Positions 1 to 8,167 of a DNA stretch of 64,000 bases are shown one piece after another. The notes below the pieces were generated by a model. The model was given only the letters and a program-made list of their open reading frames with translations. It was not told the DNA's origin and searched no databases. The stretch spans positions 720,692 to 784,691 of the forward strand of contig WELA01003449.1 in the NCBI GenBank assembly GCA_009602735.1, given 5' to 3'. The stretch comes from Mesotaenium endlicherianum (Eukaryota). Position 1 is the first letter of the stretch. The number at the start of each line of letters is the position of its first letter. A program made the translations under genes and the position numbers.

Positions 1-20
1 ACAGGTGGCAGCAGCTGTGC

Positions 21-3000
21 GTGGCCTCGGCCCGACGTCAGGCCCGCGCTGTCTCTCCCACAGCCCTGCAGGATGCGCGCCTGCGGTGGCGCACCCACCA
101 GGACCACGCACGGGGGGAGCGACCCCAGCCACTCACTGACCGCATCCCCAACCTTACGCGTGACTACGCAAACCGTGCTGTGGCCGCCCTCCGCATGGCG
201 CCACATCAGCACAGCGCCGAGCGTACCTTCCCGCCGCCCGCTCAGCCCGGCACCCCTGCCGTGGGGTGTCGCCCACTTCCGACTCCTATCTGCGCAGACG
301 CTCTGGACGAGCGACCTGGCGGCATCGTCCTCGTCGAGCTCTTTGCCGGCATCGCCACCGGGTTACTCGCGACCTTACAGGCCGGCATCCCGGTGCGCCG
401 CTACGTCTACGTCGATCCCGATCCAGAGGCCCAGCAGGTGGCCCGTCGACAGATGGCGTTGGGCCACGAGCGGTTCCCTGACCTCCAACCCGCGCACGCA
501 TTCCGCCGCGCTCAGACAGACTGGCCCATGGACATCCGCAACATCACCGTCGAGCATGTCACCCGACTTGGGCCCGTTGATCTCGTCATCGCCGGTTGGG
601 AGTGCCAGGGCTTCTCCAGAGCCGGGCGTGGCAGGGCGCTCAGCGATCCCCGCACGGCCCTCTTCTGGCACTTGCTCCGCGTCCTCAACATTGTTGAGGA
701 TCGCCAGCCGCCACACACACTCGCGTGGGTCCTGGAGAACGTGGCCGCGCGCCACGATCGCCGTCCCGATGTTAGCGCCGACTTCGCTCTTTGCAGCAGC
801 TACGTCGGCCGCGAGGCCGTCATCGACGCTGCCCAGATTGGTTCCTTCGCGCACCGCGTCCGCGCCTACTTCACAAACTTGGCGATGCCAGGTACTCTCG
901 AGGCGTTGGCCGCCTCTCATCCACGTCACACACGCACCGTCGACTCCATCCTCGATGCCCCTCGTCTGGCCCAGCGCGTGACGGCGCTGCCACATCCCTC
1001 CATGGCGCAGTGTGAGGTCCTGCATGACGTCACTCGCGCGCTGCCGACTTTTGTCAGCCGCTATGACAGCGACGCCTTCGTCGGAGATCAGCGAGGGATG
1101 GTCATCGACCTGGAGACTGGCATGTTTGACAAGCCACGCCCTGCAGAGATGGAGCGTGCCATGGGCTTTCTGCCGCATCTCACGCAGGTAGACGGTCTCA
1201 CTGAGGTGAACCGCATTCGCCTCTTGGGGCAGGCCATCGACGCCAACGTCCTCACGTGGATTCTGTTGCAGACGCAAGCCTTGGCGCCTCTCTATGCCGC
1301 AGCCCGGCATCCCGAGCTACCTCGGCCTGTCGATGATATGGACGATGACTCCACTGACGATGACAATCAGACCCCGCCAGGCACGACGTGGCATCCTCAA
1401 CGCGCAGGGCCGGCACCGCCAGAGCGCACCCGCCCCCCCTCCCCACCGCCGCGCGGGGAGGACTCTGGCTCGCTGGGGGGGGGCCGGCGGAGAGAGGAGT
1501 CCTCACAGCGACCCAGGGAGTCCCAGTCACCTTTTCTTTTTCCTCGCTCGCAGGCAGACGATTGCTCGCAGGCAGACGGTGCCAGGCAGCTGGCTGCAAC
1601 TGCCACAGTGCAGGTACCCGCGGCAGGCCAAGCGCCAACCGCTGCAGGGCAGGTGACACCTGCAGCACCACAGTCTATCCCAGCGGCAAATCAAGAGACT
1701 CCAGCTGCAGGTCAGGCGACGCCACCAGCTCCACCGACATGGAAGCTGGGGGGGACACTTACCAAGGCACAGGCCGCACAGTTGACGGCACTGCTGGATG
1801 GGAGGCGCAGCACCAGCTTTGCCAGCGGCATGCACGATCTCGGGCGCTACAGGGGGGACCCCATGCGGATTACTCTCTCGTCGCAGGAGCCCATTTTCCT
1901 GAAGCGTTATCGCTACAGCCACTTCGAGGATGGCTTGATCAGCGCGCAGACAGGCAAGCTGGAGGACAGCCGGCTCATTCGGGAGTCCTCCTCTCGTTAT
2001 GCCGCACCCACGGTCATGCCAGCCAAGAAGGATGCCTCGGGCAACTGGTCCGAGAAGAGGATGTGCGGTGACTATCGTAGGCTGAACGAGGTCACCGAGC
2101 AGGACAGATATCCTATGCCGACGCCTGACGAGATCTTTGACGACATTGGCACGTGCACTTGGTTCTCAGTGCTGGATCTGCGTCAGGGCTTCAACCAGAT
2201 TCCCATCGCCGAGGAGGACCAGCATAAGACGGCGTTCTGGGGAGCACAGCGGCTCTACGAGTGGGTGGTGATGCCGTTCGGGTTGAAGAACGCGCCAGCT
2301 ACCTTTCAGAGGGTGATGGATAAGGAGCTGGTCGGGCTGTCCTTTGCCCGATGCTACATCGATGACGTGCTCGTCTTCAGTCAGACGTTTGAGGAGCACG
2401 TGGTGCACATCACTACCGTCCTGGACCGCTTGGAGGCCGCTGGGCTCAAGTGCCATCCAGGCAAGTGCACCTTTGGGACCCGCGAGGTGGAGTACCTTGG
2501 CCACCTGCTCTCCTCCAGCGGCTTGGCACCCCAGCTGGCGAAGATCTCGGCCATCACAGGCATCCCACCTCCTACAGATCTCTCGCAGCTGCGGGCCTTC
2601 CTCGGCATCGCCAACTACTACCGCCGCTTCGTGCCAGGGTTCAGCGAGCTAGCCAAGCCGCTCAACGACTTGCTCCGCAAGGGCGTTGCCTACGTGTGGG
2701 GACCAGAGCAGCAGGCGGCATTCGATAAGCTCAAGGAGCTGCTGGTGAGCGCTCCTGTGCTTCGGCGTCCTGACTACGCGAAGCCCTTCATCCTCCACAC
2801 CGACTGGTCGCAGGCAGGGCTGGGCGCTGTGCTGGTGCAGGAGCATGACGGCTTCGAGCATGTGGTGGCCTACGCCAGCCGCAGCAACAACCGCGCGGAA
2901 GGCAACTACGGCTCCTACGAGGGGGAGTGCCTGGCAGCGGTCTGGGCGATCGTGCACTTCAGGCACTATCTCTACGGCACGCACTTCCGCCTGGTCACCG

Positions 3001-4835
3001 ACCATCAGCCACTTAAGTGGCTCATGACGTCGGAGCGCTTGACCGGCAAGTACGCACGGTGGGCGCTTATCTTGCAGGAGTACACCTTCGACGTGCACCA
3101 CCGTCCAGGCTCGACCAACCTGGACGCTGACGGTCTCAGCCGTAACCCGCTGCCCTCCTCGAGGGATCTCACTGTGGCTCGCCACGATGAGGATGAGCCG
3201 GTAGCCTGGCACGCGGCGGCCTTCCTGGCCTTCACCGTGGACGGCGATGTGCGGCCCGCAGGGCTCACTAGCCTGGACATGGTGACCGTCACCACTCGGC
3301 GATTGGCCCTGGCAGCGGCAGAGGATCAGGACAGCTGGCAGCGCGGTCCCGAGGACGTGTGGGACGACGCCCCAGTGCTGCAGTACGTCACGGCCAAGGA
3401 GTTGGCACCCGATGTCAGCGCACGCGAGCGCGACCGCATCCTCAGGCGCAGCCGCGACTTCATTTTCATGGAGGGGCGCGTGCGGCGCGTGATGGCGGAC
3501 GGCTCCGTCCTGGTGGTCCCTGAGCCTGCCATACGCAGTCAGCTGGTGCGCCGAGTGCACGAGTCCCTCGGGCACTTCGGTGTCAAGCGCACCCTCAGTC
3601 TTCTTCAGGCCGAGTACTGGTGGCACGGCATGACTAAGGTCGTCGCCGCTGTCGTCAGCAGCTGCACTCTCTGCGACCGTGTGCGCTCGAGCTTCACAGC
3701 GCGCACCGTTGCCCTCAGCCCCCTTCCTATTCAGGGGCTGTTCTACAGGTGGTCGCTTGACTTGGCTGGAGAGCTGCCCAAGTCTCGCCAGGGCAACCTC
3801 TACGTCTTGGTGATGATTGAGCACATGTCCAAGTGGATCGAGCTCGTGCCCTTGCCCAGCAAGGCCAGTGAGGGGATCGCTCAGGCCTTCCTCAATCAGG
3901 TCCTTAGCCGTTTTGGCGGCTGCGCTGAGGTGCTGACCGACCAGGGCAAGGAGTTCCAGGGCAGCTTTCAGAAGCTGCTGGAGCGCTCTATGATCGACCA
4001 CCGCACCACCTCCCGCGATCATCCTCAGGCTGACGGCCTCGCCGAGCGCATGGTGCAGACCGTCAAGCTAGGGTTGCGGAAGTACTGCCTTGCCCACGAC
4101 CGTACCCACTGGGACGACGCCCTCCCTTGGCTGGCGATGGGGTACAGGTTCAGTAAGCAGGCCTCCCTGGCCTCTCACTCTCCCTACTTCCTTCTCTACG
4201 GCCGACAGCCCATCCTGCCAGCAGCAGCCAGGACTGTGGCCGAGAACGTCTTGGACTTGGACAGTCCCGAGACATGGAGTGCTCTTATCGGGCAGCGTGC
4301 TCAGCTCTTTCGGCGCCTGATGCCCATGGCCATGGATAACCTCAGCATCGCACAGCATCGCGACACACTGAGGTACGCCATGACTCGTGGAGGAGCCTAT
4401 CATCCGCGGGTGTTGCAGTTTTCCGCAGGTGACTTCGTGTACCTGCGACGCCAGACGAAGAACACCCTCGACACCAGCAGCTCGCCGGTCATCCTGCGCG
4501 TCAAGCGTGCCTTGGCGTCAGGAGTCCTGGAGCTGGAAGGCGCAGATGGCCGTCTTCACAAGGACCACACGAAGAACTGTGGGCCGTGCCACCTTCCTAA
4601 CCTTGACTTGCAGGTCCGTCCCCGCGACGCGCGGCCGCCCAAGGACTGGGCGTGCCAGATCTGTCACAGCACTGGCCAGGAGGCCAAGATGCTGCTTTGC
4701 GACAGCTGCAACCTCGGCTTCCACATCGGCTGCCTCGACCCGCCGCTGGCCCGCGTGCCCGCTGACGACTGGTTCTGCGAAGACTGCACCGAGCTAGCCT
4801 TGAGCAGCGTACACAGCCCATCAGCTAGAGGCTGA
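21..4835 (+). CDS. Retrotransposon polyprotein: C5-cytosine DNA methyltransferase (~327-1280), Pro/Ala/Gln linker, reverse transcriptase, RNase H, HHCC + DDE integrase, PHD finger (~4650-4790); frame is open to the window edge, so 5'-partial
   Basis: DNMT motifs ELFAGIA (I), DIRNI (III), GWECQGFS (IV), LENV (VI), HRVRAYF (VIII), EMERAMGF (IX), LLGQAID (X); RT RMCGDYRRLN, MPFGLKNAP, YIDD; RNase H TDWS..GLGAVL, TDHQPL; INT HESLGH..CTLC, LTDQGKEF, QADGLAERM; PHD C4-H-C3 CQIC..LLCDSCNLGFHIGCL..WFCEDC. Confidence 0.95.
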   Translation: MASARRQARAVSPTALQDARLRWRTHQDHARGERPQPLTDRIPNLTRDYANRAVAALRMAPHQHSAERTFPPPAQPGTPAVGCRPLPTPICADALDERPGGIVLVELFAGIATGLLATLQAGIPVRRYVYVDPDPEAQQVARRQMALGHERFPDLQPAHAFRRAQTDWPMDIRNITVEHVTRLGPVDLVIAGWECQGFSRAGRGRALSDPRTALFWHLLRVLNIVEDRQPPHTLAWVLENVAARHDRRPDVSADFALCSSYVGREAVIDAAQIGSFAHRVRAYFTNLAMPGTLEALAASHPRHTRTVDSILDAPRLAQRVTALPHPSMAQCEVLHDVTRALPTFVSRYDSDAFVGDQRGMVIDLETGMFDKPRPAEMERAMGFLPHLTQVDGLTEVNRIRLLGQAIDANVLTWILLQTQALAPLYAAARHPELPRPVDDMDDDSTDDDNQTPPGTTWHPQRAGPAPPERTRPPSPPPRGEDSGSLGGGRRREESSQRPRESQSPFLFPRSQADDCSQADGARQLAATATVQVPAAGQAPTAAGQVTPAAPQSIPAANQETPAAGQATPPAPPTWKLGGTLTKAQAAQLTALLDGRRSTSFASGMHDLGRYRGDPMRITLSSQEPIFLKRYRYSHFEDGLISAQTGKLEDSRLIRESSSRYAAPTVMPAKKDASGNWSEKRMCGDYRRLNEVTEQDRYPMPTPDEIFDDIGTCTWFSVLDLRQGFNQIPIAEEDQHKTAFWGAQRLYEWVVMPFGLKNAPATFQRVMDKELVGLSFARCYIDDVLVFSQTFEEHVVHITTVLDRLEAAGLKCHPGKCTFGTREVEYLGHLLSSSGLAPQLAKISAITGIPPPTDLSQLRAFLGIANYYRRFVPGFSELAKPLNDLLRKGVAYVWGPEQQAAFDKLKELLVSAPVLRRPDYAKPFILHTDWSQAGLGAVLVQEHDGFEHVVAYASRSNNRAEGNYGSYEGECLAAVWAIVHFRHYLYGTHFRLVTDHQPLKWLMTSERLTGKYARWALILQEYTFDVHHRPGSTNLDADGLSRNPLPSSRDLTVARHDEDEPVAWHAAAFLAFTVDGDVRPAGLTSLDMVTVTTRRLALAAAEDQDSWQRGPEDVWDDAPVLQYVTAKELAPDVSARERDRILRRSRDFIFMEGRVRRVMADGSVLVVPEPAIRSQLVRRVHESLGHFGVKRTLSLLQAEYWWHGMTKVVAAVVSSCTLCDRVRSSFTARTVALSPLPIQGLFYRWSLDLAGELPKSRQGNLYVLVMIEHMSKWIELVPLPSKASEGIAQAFLNQVLSRFGGCAEVLTDQGKEFQGSFQKLLERSMIDHRTTSRDHPQADGLAERMVQTVKLGLRKYCLAHDRTHWDDALPWLAMGYRFSKQASLASHSPYFLLYGRQPILPAAARTVAENVLDLDSPETWSALIGQRAQLFRRLMPMAMDNLSIAQHRDTLRYAMTRGGAYHPRVLQFSAGDFVYLRRQTKNTLDTSSSPVILRVKRALASGVLELEGADGRLHKDHTKNCGPCHLPNLDLQVRPRDARPPKDWACQICHSTGQEAKMLLCDSCNLGFHIGCLDPPLARVPADDWFCEDCTELALSSVHSPSARG

Positions 4836-4850
4836 GAGTTGGGGGGGGAA
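4833..4850 (+). other. Polypurine tract (plus-strand priming site)
   Basis: TGAGAGTTGGGGGGGGAA overlapping and following the pol stop codon. Confidence 0.75.
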
Positions 4851-5049
4851 TTAAAACATTTGACGCTTGACTCCCTTTTTGGCTATAAAGCCATTCGTAT
4901 TATAGACTTCATTGCAACAAAGCCTGCTTGTCTATTGTGTGCTGCTTATGCCGACAAGGCGCACCCGATCTCTTAGCGCACGACACGAGGCAAACGTGCG
5001 GGTTCAGTGGTTTGAAAGCAGCTTCCTCACCATTCCTCTTGCCTTCACA
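4851..5049 (+). repeat. Putative short 3' LTR (~200 bp)
   Basis: Starts right after the PPT, has TATA-like CTATAAAG (~4883), ends in TCACA; 5' end reads TT rather than TG and the 5' LTR is not in the window. Confidence 0.45.
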
Positions 5050-5057
5050 AGGAAATG

Positions 5058-6012
5058 GGGAAATTACCAAAGTAGCACTCCAACTTTTGTTTATTCTACA
5101 AATAGCACTCCCAAGTGTCGTTATTTCAAAACTAGCACTCGCGCATGTAAGGCGAGTCCACGTAGGTTTTACACGATCAAATGACGTGCCACACGAATTT
5201 GCACGCGACCCAACCTGACACACCGCTTCTCTCTTTCGTTTCCAAAATCGACCACCACCACTTTTCCAGCTGCCCAATTTCACGAACCAAACTACCTAAG
5301 GACGCCCAAAAATTGGTCTACAGGTATTTTCGTGACCTATTTCTTGCGCCTTCATTTTCTAACCCTATATTTTCATGAGAGACTAAATTCATCGCATTCT
5401 CTGCTATTTCAGGTAGGAACGTAATTACAAGTAGCTAATTGTAGCGGTTGAGTCAAGTGGTTAGTTACTATGGCACATTGCCATTGAGGTTGCCTGTGGC
5501 TATCCTTTCCTATTTGTAAGCATGTTGCACCTATTTTAACTGCGCATCCATGGGAACATTCCTCACGTCCTACATTTAACCGCCACGTTTTACTTACATT
5601 TAGCCACCATAAGAAGTACCGAGTTGACCCGCCGAGGTTTAGACCCAGCTATGGAGTTCAAAAAGTAGTCTTCTATTTGGAGGCGCGGCAAAGTGGTCAA
5701 TGCCTTCAAAGAGTTTTGGAGAGTAAAAAGAAGGTAGCGACAATGTGTCCACCCGAAATTTGGCGTCCTTGGGCAGTTTGGATCGCGAAGGTGGGTCAGT
5801 TACAAAAGTGGTGGTGGAAGATTTTGGAAACGAAAGAGAGAAATGGTGTGTCGGGATGGGTCGCGTGCGAATTCGTGTGGCAAGTCATTGGATCATGTAA
5901 GGCCTACGTTGCCTGACCTTACATGCGCGAGTGCTAGTTTTGAAATAACAAAACTTGGAGTGCTAAATTTTGAAATAAACGAAAGTTGGAGTGCTACTTC
6001 TATAATTTGCCC
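5058..6012. mobile_element. Non-autonomous Mutator-like (MULE) element, 955 bp, ~260-bp imperfect TIRs
   Basis: Left end GGGAAATTACCAAAGTAGCACTCCAACTT vs reverse complement of right end GGGCAAATTATAGAAGTAGCACTCCAACTT; inverted similarity ~5058-5315 / ~5755-6012; perfect direct repeat CAAGGAAATG at 5048-5057 and 6013-6022; no transposase ORF. Confidence 0.88.
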
Positions 6013-7156
6013 CAAGGAAATGGCGAAAAACGCGATTTTTTGGCAATCAAATCGCGAAAAAGTGGATTTTGCAAAATGTTGTTGTTGGCAAAATAATCGA
6101 TTTAGATTGAGAGGTTGGGTTGCATTTGGGGGTGGCATCGTTTCAAATTCTGCCTACACTATTCACGTAAACTATCCACCTGACCTGTCGTGACAGTCGC
6201 TGCACACAGACGAGAAGTCGTCATTCGAAGTTGCTCGCGCTGGTAGCTGCTGGTAACCGTGCAGGATAGTACTCCTTTGAACCCAGCCCTGCAGCTTCAC
6301 GTGGCACCAACTGGCTTACTCTTATCTTATAAATGGCATATTTTAGGGGCCACTCATCCGGGCCAACTCTGATGAACAGCTGACGACTGTTGATTGTAGT
6401 TGATGGTGCACAATGTGCAGCATGCTTCAGAAAGGTTGCACGCAAATTCAGGATGCAAATGCTCATAAGCTACACCACATGGCAGTTGATTGCTCGGTTC
6501 CATATGAGCCGCAGAAATCCTTACAGCAGTAAGAATAGGAATGGCGCTTCATGGTGCTTTACGTGAGAGAGGCAGTCAGAGATCTGTGCGAACTTATTTT
6601 TCGAGACCAGCGCCCATGTGGCGAAGAAAGACGGAAGCATACCGAGACTGCTCAAGATCCAGCGCGTCTTTGGATAACCAGTTGAGCTTCTACATATTTG
6701 CAACCCTCCAATTCTCTTTTCATGTCTAATAAGAATGTGATATATTCTTAACAACTATAGGAAGCTCTTATTGTGTCCGCATTAGCTCCAATCCGTTTTA
6801 TAAATATTGCATTTTATAAGTAGAGTTCACTTGCTTTTATTTCTCCCATTTGGTGTCTTGTGACTCTTCTGGCATTCAGATATCAGAGCTACAAAAGCAA
6901 CACAACTACTATCCGCACGGCGTTCTAAAAGGGAAGAAGGAGAACTTTCTGGCTGTAGATTTATGTAGCTGAATTCGTGCATAATTGAGCACACGTATAA
7001 AAAGCAATCCATAAAAACGTTTCTGCAGCTGCCACGATCATGTAAGTAACATAACAGACTTCAGCAGCCAGACATGAAAAACACGCCTTGAGTAGATATT
7101 CAATCACTTTCCAGGTAGCCTGACGACCAGACACAAACATACGTAAACAGCAAGGC

Positions 7157-8167
7157 ATGGCAATGTTAGTCACAGGGCTACACATGCCTGGGCAACACTC
7201 CCTCATGTGTTGCCGACAAAATTTAAATTCTTTAATAGAGAAGGTGCATACTGAATCTCCAGTTCAACTGTCTGGCCTGCCTAGACATCGGAGGCTGTCT
7301 CGTCATAAACTAGTTTCAACGTCTAGCTGGAGGCCCGGGCACACGTTGCGTCAAAAAGGCGCACACCTCAGACATCTACACTCTGGCCAGATTGCCACTT
7401 CAAGATGCTCTCATCGACAGGCTGCTGCAGTTAGCAATCTCGAGGGCAAGGCGAATGCACACTCGTGGAAGCAGGCAGATAGTGCCGACCTGGGATACTC
7501 AGCTGTGGTGATACTGCTACACGGGCTGGGCAGCGACCCAACGGGCCTGCACACGCAGGCCTTCCGCGATCACATGAGGTGCAAGGAGCTGTCCCACGTG
7601 AAATGGGTCCACCCCCGGGCTCCTGTGCAGCCAGTGAGCGCCAATGATGGCAAGGAAATGCGCTCGTGGTTTGACGTGGCAGAGCTGCCAGCCTGCCCTG
7701 AGGCGCCGCCCATTCCCAGCCCGGAGGACCAGGTAATGGGTGCTGTCGAGACGGTGCATAGCATCATAGAGGACGAGGTGGGGAGGGGGATCAAGGCCAG
7801 CCGGGTCCTGGTGGGGGGATTCTCTCAGGGGGGCGCAACAGCTGTCAGCAGCGTGGCTACTTACCCTGAGCCCTTGGCTGGGGCGGCAATCATGTGGGGC
7901 TGGGTGCCACTTGAGCCAAGGGTTTTCTCGGAGAAGGTGGAGGAGGCTGCCAAGTCAACGCCTGTTCTCTGGAGCCACGGGGAGCAGGATTCGACAGTGA
8001 GCATTGGGGCAGGAAAGAAAGGGGCGGACCTGCTGAGCGAGAATGGGATGGATGTTGAGATGAAGGCACATTCGCAAGCAGGGCACAAGCCGCACAAGGA
8101 TGAGCTGGAGCTCATCAAGGGTTGGATCTTAGAGCGTCTTCCTCAGGACAATTACCCAGACAACTAA
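7157..8167 (+). CDS. Phospholipase/carboxylesterase (acyl-protein thioesterase, APT/LYPLA/SOBER1-like) with probable organellar transit peptide; single coding exon
   Basis: LLHGLG, PVS.N.G..MRSWFD, GGFSQGG nucleophile, HGEQDSTV (Asp), AGH (His); Ser/Arg-rich N-terminal ~110 aa. Confidence 0.9.
   Translation: MAMLVTGLHMPGQHSLMCCRQNLNSLIEKVHTESPVQLSGLPRHRRLSRHKLVSTSSWRPGHTLRQKGAHLRHLHSGQIATSRCSHRQAAAVSNLEGKANAHSWKQADSADLGYSAVVILLHGLGSDPTGLHTQAFRDHMRCKELSHVKWVHPRAPVQPVSANDGKEMRSWFDVAELPACPEAPPIPSPEDQVMGAVETVHSIIEDEVGRGIKASRVLVGGFSQGGATAVSSVATYPEPLAGAAIMWGWVPLEPRVFSEKVEEAAKSTPVLWSHGEQDSTVSIGAGKKGADLLSENGMDVEMKAHSQAGHKPHKDELELIKGWILERLPQDNYPDN

Larger units (their letters stand above)
1..5049 (+). 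mobile_element. Ty3/gypsy LTR retrotransposon encoding a cytosine DNA methyltransferase and PHD finger (5' part outside window)
   Basis: RT-RNaseH-INT domain order (gypsy type) in one uninterrupted ORF, then polypurine tract 4833-4850 and putative 3' LTR ending ...CCTTCACA at 5049. Confidence 0.93.

Noticed and set aside
2649..4022. 457-aa antisense ORF (and 311-aa ORF at 375-1310) opposite the polyprotein
   Set aside because: Expected shadow ORFs of a GC-rich coding strand; no recognisable domain
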